From an uncultured Candidatus Saccharibacteria bacterium (GTDB lineage: Bacteria; Patescibacteriota; UBA1384; JACPKC01), in assembly GCA_964480605.1 (NCBI GenBank), contig CAYZPG010000002.1, forward strand, positions 4,871 through 43,314: a stretch of 38,444 bases of DNA, read 5' to 3'. Each line of letters starts with the position of its first letter. The stretch's first letter is position 1. Positions 26,444-35,778 of this stretch are shown here, one piece after another. The translations under genes were made by a program, and so were the position numbers. The notes under the pieces were generated by a model. It was given only the letters and a program-made list of their open reading frames with translations. It did not search any database and had not been told where the DNA came from.

Positions 26444-27573
26444 GACGCACTCCGCAGCCGTGGCACCGCACGGGACACGCTCAGCAGCAGCCCCGTGGCC
26501 GTCATCATGGCGAGCAACGATGAGCCGCCGTAGCTGATAAACGGCAGGGTGACGCCGGTGAGTGGCAGCAGACCGAGCATAGCGCCAATATTGACGAACA
26601 TCTGAAAGGCGATCAAGCTCGTCACCCCAACAGCCAGGTAACGGCCGAACGGATCAGACACCTCGCTTGCAATCTTGTACCCGCGAAAGACCACGAACAG
26701 CAAGACACTAAGCACCAGCACCGCCCGGACAAACCCGAGTTCTTCAGTGGTAATAGCGAAAATCGAGTCGGTCTGCGGCTCAGGCAGATACAGAAACTTC
26801 TGCTTGCTCTGGCCAAAGCCAAGCCCCCAGAGCCCACCTGCGCCTACGGCCAGCAACGCTTGGTTGATGTGGTACGCCGCCCCAAGCGTGGCTTCGTCGG
26901 GATTCAAGAACACTAAAAAGCGCTGCAACCGGTACGGCGCCGACAGGATCAGTAAGCCCAGCAGACTGCCGCCCAAGATAGCGCCAAAGAGCAGGTGCAG
27001 GTATGGCGCCCCTGCCACGAAGTACATCGTCACCAAGGTACTCATGAGCACCATCATCGTGCCAGCATCTGGTTGGGCCAGGATCAGGAGGGCCACAACC
27101 CCAAGCATGGTGACGAAGGGCAGGAACCCTTGGCCGAAGCTCTTGATCCGATCTTCCTTCGCAGCCAGCCAAGCGCTGATGTAGACGATCATCAACACCT
27201 TGATCACCTCACTGGTCTGAAAGAAAATCGGGCCGATCGAGATCCAGCGGCGAGCACCCAATAACTGGGTACCAATGCCCGGTATGAGCGTTGCGACCAG
27301 CAGCACGACGATGGCAATGAGCAAGACCGGCGCGAGCCGCTGCCAAAACCGGTAATCGATCGCCGTCATGACAATCAGCAGCACCAACCCGATACCTAGA
27401 CTGATTGCCTGTCGAAGTACGAACGTGTAATTACTGTCGAATTGCTGCGACGCGACAACAACGGACGATGACGAGATCATCACGAGACCAAAGGCAGCGA
27501 GCGCCAACACCGCCAGGAGGAGCCAGCTGTCAATTCGACCGGCTGTCCGAGCACGAAACCTATTGAGCGACAT
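26440..27573 (-). CDS. ftsW: SEDS-family peptidoglycan polymerase FtsW
   Basis: About 10 TM segments, LPEPQTDSIFA (LPE.hTDFIF motif) and GVTLPFISYGGSS. The ORF track start at 27687 would overlap murD by 128 nt. The ATG at 27573 (MSLNRFRAR...) is preceded by a GGGGGGA run. Confidence 0.88.
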   Translation of the reverse strand: MSLNRFRARTAGRIDSWLLLAVLALAAFGLVMISSSSVVVASQQFDSNYTFVLRQAISLGIGLVLLIVMTAIDYRFWQRLAPVLLIAIVVLLVATLIPGIGTQLLGARRWISIGPIFFQTSEVIKVLMIVYISAWLAAKEDRIKSFGQGFLPFVTMLGVVALLILAQPDAGTMMVLMSTLVTMYFVAGAPYLHLLFGAILGGSLLGLLILSAPYRLQRFLVFLNPDEATLGAAYHINQALLAVGAGGLWGLGFGQSKQKFLYLPEPQTDSIFAITTEELGFVRAVLVLSVLLFVVFRGYKIASEVSDPFGRYLAVGVTSLIAFQMFVNIGAMLGLLPLTGVTLPFISYGGSSLLAMMTATGLLLSVSRAVPRLRSAS

Positions 27574-28978
27574 GGTCCATCCCCCCAAGAGCCACCTGTT
27601 TCGCAAGGGCCGCAAACTGATCGCCCCGCACCTTGTAGTTCGGGAATTGGTCGAACGACGCACTAGCGGGCGAGAGAAGAACCACATCCCCGGGTGTCGC
27701 CAATCGCGCCGCCTCCCGTACGGCCACCTCGAGCGTCCGGGCGTCGGTAATGCGGTCGGTCGGCATCTCGTGCGCCTCGGCAGCCAGCGCGATCGCCGGC
27801 CCAGTCTGACCCATGACCAGTAGTTGTTTCACGTTCGAACTCGCAATCACTGCACCGAGTTCCGCATAGTCCAAGCCCTTGTCGGACCCGCCCGCGATCA
27901 GGATCACTGGTTCAGTAAAGCTTCGGACCGCCGCAATGGCCGAACCGGGATTCGTCGCGATCGAGTCGTCATACCAGGCAACACCGTCGGCCTCATGGAC
28001 CTTCTGAATACGGTGCGGCAAACCAGTGAAACCCTGCAGTGCCTCACGAATCGCCTCGTTGTCAACACCAAGCAGCTTCGCTGCCGCAATCGCAGCCGCT
28101 GCATTCCCCAGATTATGCCGGCCCCGAAGCTGCACGTCGCTGGTTGGCGCAACTACTTCTGGCGCGCTGCCCGGCTGGTAGCGGACAAACGCTCCGTCGC
28201 GAACCATGACGCCATCGTCAATCGGCAGCTCGATTGAGGCGTAGTGAAGCTGCGCCTGCGTCATCCCACCAAAGCGCAGGCTATCGCTGTTTTCGGCAAA
28301 GAGTACGGCATGGTCACGAGCTGACTGGTGCCGGACGATGGCAGATTTTGCCTCGGCGTAGGCGGACTGGGTCTTGTGATATTCCAGATGGTCGGCCGTA
28401 ATGCCAAGCACCACGGCAATGTGTGGGCTGCGCTCCAGGTCGATCAGTTGGAAGCTTGAGAGCTCCAACACCACAATATCCTGCGGCCGCAGGTCATCAA
28501 GGAACTCGAAGGGATCCTTTTCGATGTTTCCTGCCAGGTAGGTCTGCACGTCCGACTTCCCTGCCTGCACCATTCTGGCGATCAGGGTGCTGGTCGTCCC
28601 CTTTCCCTTGCTGCCCGTAACACCCACGATCGTCGCCGGACAGAGTTCGAAGAACAAATTCACCTGGGAGGTAATCCGGACACCCGCCTGTCGTGCCGCC
28701 GCTACTTCCGGCCGGTCTGGCGCGATCCCAGGACTACGAAACAGCACCTCAACGTCGAGCTGCTTGAAGGCATCTGGCCCTAGCACCTGCTCAACAGCTA
28801 AGCTCTGCGCCGCAATTTGCTCAGCTGCCGTCTCAGACTCGTCATAAATCACAATCTCACGTGCCCCGTGCGCAAGCAGCCAGCGCACCAAGGACTGGTG
28901 ATTCACACCAAACCCTAAAATCCCGATCCGCGCCTCGCGCAAGTAGTCAGGTAGCATGCCCTCAGTATACTGGTTCAA
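27560..28978 (-). CDS. murD: UDP-N-acetylmuramoylalanine--D-glutamate ligase
   Basis: IGILGFGVNHQS Rossmann-like N-terminus, P-loop VGVTGSKGKGTTSTL, dcw context. The start codon at 28978 is TTG, not ATG, and has no obvious SD. An in-frame ATG lies 7 codons downstream, so the start is uncertain by a few codons. Confidence 0.88.
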   Translation of the reverse strand: MNQYTEGMLPDYLREARIGILGFGVNHQSLVRWLLAHGAREIVIYDESETAAEQIAAQSLAVEQVLGPDAFKQLDVEVLFRSPGIAPDRPEVAAARQAGVRITSQVNLFFELCPATIVGVTGSKGKGTTSTLIARMVQAGKSDVQTYLAGNIEKDPFEFLDDLRPQDIVVLELSSFQLIDLERSPHIAVVLGITADHLEYHKTQSAYAEAKSAIVRHQSARDHAVLFAENSDSLRFGGMTQAQLHYASIELPIDDGVMVRDGAFVRYQPGSAPEVVAPTSDVQLRGRHNLGNAAAAIAAAKLLGVDNEAIREALQGFTGLPHRIQKVHEADGVAWYDDSIATNPGSAIAAVRSFTEPVILIAGGSDKGLDYAELGAVIASSNVKQLLVMGQTGPAIALAAEAHEMPTDRITDARTLEVAVREAARLATPGDVVLLSPASASFDQFPNYKVRGDQFAALAKQVALGGMDHVAQ

Positions 28979-29028
28979 CGCGTTGAAGCCAGTGGCCTAC
29001 CTGGTACAACGCACCTTCTTGTGCTGTA

Positions 29029-30381
29029 ATGCTGTCCACCCGTACAGGGAACAGAGAGGGAGTGCTTTACAAGATGAAGAATTCTGACGATGGACCGAGT
29101 GCGCGCGATGCATTCCGAGCTGCGTGCGCAAACGCAAAACAGTACACCGACCCAGGGCTCGCAAGAATCATCGAGCTGACCAGCCAAGGCCATCTGGAAG
29201 TAGGCGGCGAGGGCTCCTATATCCAGACTGCCAGCGGCACCAAGTTGCTTGATGCCTGTGGTGGGTACGCGCTCTTTAGTCTCGGCAGACTCAACAGGAT
29301 GGTTGTCCGACGCGTCATTCGTCAACTGAAAACCCTGCCCATGTCAGCCCGCATACTGCCGAACACTCTCATGGGTGAGTGCGCCCAACGAATTGTGCAG
29401 AGCGTTCCCGGCATGCAGTACTGCTTCATAAACTCTGAGGGTACAATGGCCGTCGATGCCGCTATAAAGTTCGCGACGGTCGCGACCGGTCGGTCGACCT
29501 TCGTGCGCATCCAGGGTGCGTACCATGGCCAAAGCCTCGGGGCGCTCATGTTGTGTGGCACCGAAAAACGCCGGGCGCCGTTTCAAGAAATCCTACACCC
29601 GGATGTCATCGAGCTACCTCGAAATGACCTTACGGTCGTGGAGCGCATTACGACAAGGGTCGCCGCTGTATTTGTTGAGGTGGTACAGGGAGAAGCCGGC
29701 ATCTGGCCACTGACAACCGAATTCTTGCTCGCAATTCAGGAGCGGTGTCGCGCAGTTGGAGCATTAGTCGTGATCGATGAAATCCAAACCGGATTCGGGC
29801 GCACTGGCACAATGTGGGCCTTTCAGCACCATCCGGGCCTACAGCCCGACATTGTCACCATCGGAAAAGCGGCTGGCGGTGGCGTACTGCCAGTCGCAGG
29901 ATGCCTCTATACCAAGGAAGTGCAGGCACAAATCAAACAACGAGCCACGGAACGAGAACGGGAGTTCCTTGGTCCGTTCCACGCAAGTACCACGAGCTTT
30001 AGCCCAGGCCCCTGCGCCGCCCTGATCGCAACGCTGGACGTGATCGAGGCAGCGGGACTTGTCCAGAATGCCAACGTGGTTGGGGAACGTATCATGAACG
30101 AACTCAACGCAACGTTCGCTCGCAGTCCAATCGTCCGGGACGTACGAGGCGCTGGGCTGATGGTTGGTATCGAGTTCATACCTCACGATGAGATACAGCT
30201 CGCAATGCAATTTCGCAACGAATTGCTCACGCGTGGCGTCCTCACCGCTCCCGCACTGAACAACAACCAAACCATCCGGCTACAACCACCACTCAACCTA
30301 CGATTGCGGGAGATGAAACAACTCATCGCGACCGCAACAGAGGCACTTGCTGCCACCGAAAAAAAATATACTACGCTCTAG
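29029..30381 (+). CDS. Class-III (PLP-dependent) aminotransferase, ArgD/ornithine/DABA-aminotransferase-like
   Basis: DEIQTGFGRTGTMWAFQH and DIVTIGKAAGGG (Schiff-base Lys) are the class-III signatures. SEGTMAVDAAIKFA is also present. The start may instead be the ATG at 29074 (MKNSDD...). The gene is on the opposite strand to the flanking dcw genes. Confidence 0.85.
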   Translation: MLSTRTGNREGVLYKMKNSDDGPSARDAFRAACANAKQYTDPGLARIIELTSQGHLEVGGEGSYIQTASGTKLLDACGGYALFSLGRLNRMVVRRVIRQLKTLPMSARILPNTLMGECAQRIVQSVPGMQYCFINSEGTMAVDAAIKFATVATGRSTFVRIQGAYHGQSLGALMLCGTEKRRAPFQEILHPDVIELPRNDLTVVERITTRVAAVFVEVVQGEAGIWPLTTEFLLAIQERCRAVGALVVIDEIQTGFGRTGTMWAFQHHPGLQPDIVTIGKAAGGGVLPVAGCLYTKEVQAQIKQRATEREREFLGPFHASTTSFSPGPCAALIATLDVIEAAGLVQNANVVGERIMNELNATFARSPIVRDVRGAGLMVGIEFIPHDEIQLAMQFRNELLTRGVLTAPALNNNQTIRLQPPLNLRLREMKQLIATATEALAATEKKYTTL

Positions 30382-30384
30382 ATC

Positions 30385-30411
30385 AAGGCACCTGTTCTCC
30401 AGGTGCCTTTT
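30385..30411 (+). terminator. Intrinsic terminator of the aminotransferase gene
   Basis: Perfect 10-bp stem AAGGCACCTG-ttctc-CAGGTGCCTT running into TTTT, 4 nt after the stop. On the minus strand the same hairpin directly follows the mraY stop but has no U-tract. Confidence 0.6.
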
Positions 30412-31435
30412 ACTTGCCTAAGAACGCAATCACCAGGCCGACGACGGCGCAGATCGCACCCAAGACCCAAAATCTCATCGTCACCTTGGTTTCCGGCCAG
30501 CCGATCGCCTCGAAGTGGTGGTGGATCGGCGCCGAAAGGAAGATCTTGCGGCCAAACCACCGTTTGGAGGCGATCTGGACAATGGACGACAGCGTTTCGA
30601 TCGCAAAGACGCCGCCGATCACAATCAGCACTAACGCCTGATTGGTGAGCATTGCGACCACGCCAAGCGTGGCCCCCAGTGCCAACGATCCCGTATCACC
30701 CATGAAGAATCGGGCCGGGTGGACATTGAACCAAGTGTACGCGAGTGTCGCACCAACAATCGAACCACAGAAGGCAGCCAGCTCAACTTTGCCCTGCGTC
30801 AGCGCAATGATCGCGTACGCGGCAAAGGCGATCGAGACGAGGCCACCAGCTAAGCCATCCAGGCCGTCACTGATGTTGACCGCGTTCGCCGTTGCGACGA
30901 TCACGAGAATGAAGAGCGGCACGTAGAAGAAGCCAATCGAAAAATCACCCCAACCTGGTACATGGAGGATGTCGAATCCAAGCTTCGTGTAAAACCACCA
31001 GGCGCCGGCAATACCGATCACGAGCTGCAGGCCTAATTTGATCTGGGCGTTCAACCCTTTAATGCCGCTCTTCGTGGTACGGATGTTAATGTAATCATCG
31101 ACCAGGCCGAGGACGCCTGCCGTAACCAACGTGAAGAGCGGCAGCCAGGTGCCGGCCCGATCCAAGTTAAAGAGCACAGTCACCAAGGTGACGACACCCC
31201 AAACAAGCACACCGGCCATCGTTGGTACAAGGCGTTTGTGCTTCTCCTTGTGGAGTTTCTGATAAATCGGCGCCTTTTCACCCGTAATCGCCGTATCTTT
31301 TGGCTGCTTCCACACGCGGTGCGAGTACAGGAAGTTCGTAAGGAGTGGCGTCAGTCCAATCGCCAACGCAAATGACAGCGCTGTCAGCCAGAAGACGAAG
31401 GAAAGGTCGGTAACCGAAAGGACGATTGAGGTCAT
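30410..31435 (-). CDS. mraY: Phospho-N-acetylmuramoyl-pentapeptide-transferase
   Basis: GLVDDYINI, NAVNISDGLDGLA, APIHHHFE, and about 10 TM helices. Confidence 0.95.
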   Translation of the reverse strand: MTSIVLSVTDLSFVFWLTALSFALAIGLTPLLTNFLYSHRVWKQPKDTAITGEKAPIYQKLHKEKHKRLVPTMAGVLVWGVVTLVTVLFNLDRAGTWLPLFTLVTAGVLGLVDDYINIRTTKSGIKGLNAQIKLGLQLVIGIAGAWWFYTKLGFDILHVPGWGDFSIGFFYVPLFILVIVATANAVNISDGLDGLAGGLVSIAFAAYAIIALTQGKVELAAFCGSIVGATLAYTWFNVHPARFFMGDTGSLALGATLGVVAMLTNQALVLIVIGGVFAIETLSSIVQIASKRWFGRKIFLSAPIHHHFEAIGWPETKVTMRFWVLGAICAVVGLVIAFLGK

Positions 31436-31437
31436 GG

Positions 31438-32619
31438 CTATGGCGCTACGTATGGCTTCTGCTTCCAGTACGGACTCTGTCGTTCAAGTAGGTCGTGGGC
31501 ATGGCCTGCATCCTCCAAGAGCATCTCACTTACCTTTTCCATCCGCATGCTCTGCGAGCCTTTCACGAGTATCATATCACCCTTCAGCAGCTCTCCCAAG
31601 AGAAACTGACCGGCCGGTACCGGACCCGGAAACCAATGATGCTGCGATTTGATACGCCGGAACCGCGGACCAACCAGGAGAAGAAGATCGGCACTCTTGG
31701 CTGCCAAACGGGCAATGTCTCGATGAGCCTGGAGCTCCTCGCGCCCTAGTTCGAGCATATCACCCAAGACAGCGATCGTACGCTTCGCCTTCTTTGCTTT
31801 CGCCAACCTCCCCAGCTCCTCAAGGGCCAACTTCATCGAGAGCGGGTTCGCATTGTAGCTATCGTCCAAGAGCCATGTCCGCCCGGTACCCCGTAGCAGC
31901 TGCAACCGACCCTTTGGCCGCTCCCAATCCGCAAGGGCAGCAACTGCGTCCGTACGCGCAATGCCAAAGCCGTGTTCGGCCACCGCCAACGCCAACGTTG
32001 TCGGTGCATCAATCGCCGCAGTAGCGACTGATACCACCCGTGCCCGTGTCCGCTCCGCCATGGCGCGAACGAGCGGATCACTTGCATTGAGCACCGCCAG
32101 ACCGTGCGGTGGCAGCGCGCGGACAATCTCCCCTTTTTCCCGCGCCACTGCCTGCAGCGAACCCAAAAACTGCGTGTGCGCTGACCCAACATTCGTCACC
32201 ACGGCGATCGACGGCGGCGCCAAGTCAACCAGCTGCTTCATATCCCCCGGCTGCTCCACGCCGTACTCAAGCACGAAGATACTTGGGCGAGCGGGTGGCC
32301 GCTGAAAGCTCGCTCCCAATCCCTTACCAAAGGCGACTGCTGCTGCGCCAAGCCACTGCACTGGGCCCTCTGGCTTCGCAATACCCAGGATGGCGAGCGG
32401 CAGGCCAAACTCGGTATTCAGATTTCCCGAAGCGGCATACACCTCACGATCGCGGACTGCGTGCTGCAGCAGGTGGGCAATGGCGGCCTTCGTCGTTGTC
32501 TTTCCCGCAGAACCAGTGATACCAACAATGGTTGGTCGCTGCGCGCCAAGCACGCGCCGTGCCGACCACGCCAACAAGCGCTCAACCACTGCTCGTGCAA
32601 TTCCTGTTAGTCGCTTCAT
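31438..32619 (-). CDS. murF: UDP-MurNAc-tripeptide--D-Ala-D-Ala ligase (MurF-like), short N-terminus
   Basis: P-loop ITGSAGKTTTKAAI and the MurF-type DDSYNANPLSM motif. The ATG at 32619 (MKRLTG...) follows AAGGA and sits 7 nt after the ftsI stop. The ORF-track start at 32718 would overlap ftsI by 92 nt. Confidence 0.8.
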   Translation of the reverse strand: MKRLTGIARAVVERLLAWSARRVLGAQRPTIVGITGSAGKTTTKAAIAHLLQHAVRDREVYAASGNLNTEFGLPLAILGIAKPEGPVQWLGAAAVAFGKGLGASFQRPPARPSIFVLEYGVEQPGDMKQLVDLAPPSIAVVTNVGSAHTQFLGSLQAVAREKGEIVRALPPHGLAVLNASDPLVRAMAERTRARVVSVATAAIDAPTTLALAVAEHGFGIARTDAVAALADWERPKGRLQLLRGTGRTWLLDDSYNANPLSMKLALEELGRLAKAKKAKRTIAVLGDMLELGREELQAHRDIARLAAKSADLLLLVGPRFRRIKSQHHWFPGPVPAGQFLLGELLKGDMILVKGSQSMRMEKVSEMLLEDAGHAHDLLERQSPYWKQKPYVAP

Positions 32620-32626
32620 GTCGTCC

Positions 32627-34336
32627 TTACCGTGTCGGTGGAATTTTGTAGTAGGCAAACAAGTATTGCGCAAGATCGTGGAAGATCGGACCGGCCGTTG
32701 ATTCGGCGAAGGGCGCACTCGTAGGCTTGTCGAGCTTCACCAGCATAACGAACTGCGGATGATCTGCCGGGAAGAAGCCCATGAGAGAGTGGGTGAAATC
32801 AGTCTCCGAGTAGCCACCGTCCTCATTCGCGATTTGTGCCGTACCGGTCTTACCCGCGATCACGTATCCTGGCACCCGCGTCCGGCCGTACGGCCCGTCG
32901 TCAACAACTGAGACAAGCATTTGGCGAACCTTCTCACTCGTTTCCGGCTTGATCGCACCTTCCGTTTTTGGAAATTCCGCAACCAAATCAACACCGCGCT
33001 GTCCAACAAGCCGCCGGGCCAGGTGAGGCGTGACCAACGTACCACCGTTCGCAAGCGCCGCCCAGGCGCGCACCATCTGCAGCGGTGTCACCGTTACGCC
33101 CTGTCCGAAAGAGATCGTGGCGCGATTAATGTCCTGCCACGTTCTAGCTGGCCGGAAACTCCCCTGAATCTCACCCTGCACGTCGATACTGGTAGGCCGG
33201 TCAATTCCCAATTTGGCGAGCGCGTCGTGCATCTCCTCGTTCGACATCTTGCCAGCCACCCAGACCATGCCGACGTTATCCGAGTTCTGCAGCACTTGGG
33301 ACATCGTCTCCAGCCCGTACGCTTTGTCGAGCGCTGTATGGATGGTGTACCCCTGGACGGTGACCGAACTGCCGAACGTTTCCTTCGTGTCCGGCTCAAT
33401 CTTGCCCAAATCAATGGCTGCTGCCATCACAAGGGGCTTGAAGATCGAACCCGGCTCGTAGACAGTGCTGATGCTGGGATTACGAAACCGCTCCGGCTCG
33501 CTGGCTGCCTCGCTGTACTTGTTTGGATCGTACGATGGCAACGCGGCCATGGTGACGATCTCGCCATTGGCTGGATTCATGATGATGATTTGGCCGCTCG
33601 TCGCCGCGGCATCGGCAATGCCCTGCGCCAACCGCCGCTCAGCGGCAAACTGGACGTTGTGGTCGATCGTGAGTTCTATATCGACCCCGTCTTCAGGATC
33701 AGTCCGCTGCAAGGTCGAGATGATCCGGCCGAGCGTGTCCTTTTCGCCAACCACGGAGCCCGCCGTCCCACGCAGATCTTTGTCGTAGTAGCCCTCGATG
33801 CCGTAGCTGCCCACCCCCTCGCGATTCACAAACCCCAGCACCTGGGCCGCAATCTGGTTTTCGGGATAGACGCGCTCATTGCGCTTCTCAATGAGCAAGC
33901 CCGTAAAACCCTGTTCGACAAGCTCATTCCGCTTGTCTTTCGTGACACCTCGCACCAGCGGTGGCAGGTAGAGCTTGTCATTCGAGATCTTCGCCAGCAC
34001 GTCTGCCTTCTCGACACCGAACAGCGTCGCGAGCGTGGTCGCTGCCGCCTCCTTGTCTTTCACGTTCCGTGGCACCACTGAGATATCAAACCGTTCCTCT
34101 GAAGCGGCAAGGGGAACCAGCTGACCAAGCTCAGCATCTTGGGCAAAGATGGTACCCCGCTGACTCGGCAACTCCTTCGATACCTCGTACTGGGACTCAG
34201 CACGGGCCGCATAGAGCGGATGTTCGATCACGCTCTTCTGAAACAACCGCCATATGATAAGCCCGCTGCCAACAGCGACGAGCAAGCCGACGATGCGAAG
34301 CCGCGCCTCGGCATCGTGGAGAGAAGTTCGACGCAT
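32627..34336 (-). CDS. ftsI: Class B penicillin-binding protein (FtsI-type transpeptidase)
   Basis: N-terminal TM anchor and PBP dimerisation region. Motifs GSIFKP (SxxK), NSDN (SxN) and KTGTA. dcw position after the ftsL-like gene. Confidence 0.9.
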   Translation of the reverse strand: MRRTSLHDAEARLRIVGLLVAVGSGLIIWRLFQKSVIEHPLYAARAESQYEVSKELPSQRGTIFAQDAELGQLVPLAASEERFDISVVPRNVKDKEAAATTLATLFGVEKADVLAKISNDKLYLPPLVRGVTKDKRNELVEQGFTGLLIEKRNERVYPENQIAAQVLGFVNREGVGSYGIEGYYDKDLRGTAGSVVGEKDTLGRIISTLQRTDPEDGVDIELTIDHNVQFAAERRLAQGIADAAATSGQIIIMNPANGEIVTMAALPSYDPNKYSEAASEPERFRNPSISTVYEPGSIFKPLVMAAAIDLGKIEPDTKETFGSSVTVQGYTIHTALDKAYGLETMSQVLQNSDNVGMVWVAGKMSNEEMHDALAKLGIDRPTSIDVQGEIQGSFRPARTWQDINRATISFGQGVTVTPLQMVRAWAALANGGTLVTPHLARRLVGQRGVDLVAEFPKTEGAIKPETSEKVRQMLVSVVDDGPYGRTRVPGYVIAGKTGTAQIANEDGGYSETDFTHSLMGFFPADHPQFVMLVKLDKPTSAPFAESTAGPIFHDLAQYLFAYYKIPPTR

Positions 34337-34337
34337 A

Positions 34338-34682
34338 CTACTCGACCGTCTTCAAATCCTTCGCTGGCTCGAAATCAGTGGCGAGGCTCTCACCCAGACC
34401 TTGCTGGATGGCGCCGAGCGTTTGTAGCCGCTGCGCCTCAAGCTCCATCCGCTCCACATCCTCAACCAGCTCCTGCTGCGTCTCGCCCAGTGATTGGACT
34501 TCGTAGGAGGTCGTTGCGCTCTGCGTCGTTTGGGCAAGGTAAAACAGGAGTAGGCTAGCCAGAGAAGCGATCGTCAGCACGCGAACACTCACCGGCCCGA
34601 CCTTGACGAGCTGAGGCACCGTGTGGCGCCGTGCGCCGTCGAGCTGCCCTTTCTCCATCGTCAGTGGAATTGCTGTTGCCAT
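34338..34682 (-). CDS. ftsL: FtsL-like cell division protein (TM + coiled coil)
   Basis: Small bitopic protein with TM VLTIASLASLLLFYLA followed by a heptad-like region QSLGETQQELVEDVERMELEAQRLQTL. Positioned between rsmH and ftsI. The ATG at 34682 follows AGGAGGG and is 1 nt past the rsmH stop. Confidence 0.65.
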   Translation of the reverse strand: MATAIPLTMEKGQLDGARRHTVPQLVKVGPVSVRVLTIASLASLLLFYLAQTTQSATTSYEVQSLGETQQELVEDVERMELEAQRLQTLGAIQQGLGESLATDFEPAKDLKTVE

Positions 34683-34683
34683 A

Positions 34684-35622
34684 CTAGGTACCCTCCTTGG
34701 AGTCGATCTGTGTTGGTTTTGTGATAAAGCGGAGCGTGGCACTGCGCGAGCGCGGATTCCTGACCTGCTCTTCCTCTGAAGGAAACTGGCGTGGAATCGT
34801 TGCCTGTCCGGAAAGATGTCGCATCAGATGCTTCACGAGCGCGTGTTCGCCGCTGTGGAAACTGATGACCGCGAGCGTCCCGCCTGGAGCCAGTACCTGC
34901 CATGCCCCTGTGAGCCCGCTCGCAATGGCGCCGTATTCATCGTTCACAAGGATCCGTAACGCCTGGAAGACTGGACCGAGCAGCCGTGGACTGCTACCGA
35001 CGACGGCCACAAGCTCGCTCGTCCGTTCGATCGGCCGGTCTATCCGCGCAGCCTGGATGGCTGCAGCTACCGTCCGCCACTGGCGGACGCCACCTAGTTC
35101 ACGCAACACCTGCTCGAGGGCTGCGACGCTGGCTTGGTTGATAAACTCACCCGCCGGCCGGAAACGCCACGTCCGAACGGTGCGCACCAATTCCTGGTTC
35201 GCGGTCCAAGTGACGTCACGGGGTGTGCCGTGAGCTGGCGCGGTCAGACGCATGTCGAGCGGCGCATCGAGCTGATGGCTCAAGCCTTGGTAGCCCTCGT
35301 CGAGCTGCCAGGATGCCAAGCCGAGATCGAAGTAGACCGCCGTGACTGCCTGGAAGCCATGGTGCACAGCCACTGCCGCAAGATCGCGGAAGTCAGCGTG
35401 GACCAATACAGCTTGGCGTTGAAAGGCAGTGAGATTGTGTGTCGCTGCCGCGAGCCCCTCGTCGCTGCGCTCAATGCCTAAGAGCTTGCCGGTTGGTCCA
35501 AGCGCCGCCAGGACTGCTGCCGCGTGGCCGCCCAAGCCGAGCGTGGCATCAATTGCTACGCCGCCCGGCCGAAGCTGCAGACAAGTGATGAGCTCTTCGA
35601 GTAAGACTGGGATGTGCTTCAT
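34684..35622 (-). CDS. rsmH: 16S rRNA (cytosine1402-N4)-methyltransferase RsmH/MraW
   Basis: MKHIPVLLEELI..., DATLGLGGHA, DLGLAS, ISFHSGEH. The ATG at 35622 follows GGAGA. The longer ORF-track start at 35715 adds non-conserved residues that cover a strong hairpin. Confidence 0.92.
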   Translation of the reverse strand: MKHIPVLLEELITCLQLRPGGVAIDATLGLGGHAAAVLAALGPTGKLLGIERSDEGLAAATHNLTAFQRQAVLVHADFRDLAAVAVHHGFQAVTAVYFDLGLASWQLDEGYQGLSHQLDAPLDMRLTAPAHGTPRDVTWTANQELVRTVRTWRFRPAGEFINQASVAALEQVLRELGGVRQWRTVAAAIQAARIDRPIERTSELVAVVGSSPRLLGPVFQALRILVNDEYGAIASGLTGAWQVLAPGGTLAVISFHSGEHALVKHLMRHLSGQATIPRQFPSEEEQVRNPRSRSATLRFITKPTQIDSKEGT

Positions 35623-35639
35623 AGAAACATCTCCGGAGA

Positions 35640-35676
35640 CAGCAGTTCTGGGATCCCCTCGAACCCAGAACTGCTG
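35640..35676 (-). promoter_or_regulatory. 13-bp perfect inverted repeat (stem-loop) in the mraZ-rsmH spacer
   Basis: CAGCAGTTCTGGG (35640-35652), an 11-nt loop, then CCCAGAACTGCTG (35664-35676). On the mRNA strand it ends 17 nt before the rsmH ATG, just 5' of the GGAGA SD. No U-tract follows. Confidence 0.5.
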
Positions 35677-35778
35677 GTGTGCCCCTCCTGTAAATGTGTC
35701 CCTGGATTCCGCCAATGAGGCGGCCTGGTCTTGAGGAAGACGAGGCGAATGAGTCGTCGACTCCCTCGCCGATCAGCC

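Noticed and set aside
32921-34081. A 386-aa plus-strand ORF antisense to ftsI.
   Set aside because: It is Arg/His/Leu-rich with no recognisable domain, while the opposite strand carries all three PBP motifs. It is a shadow ORF.
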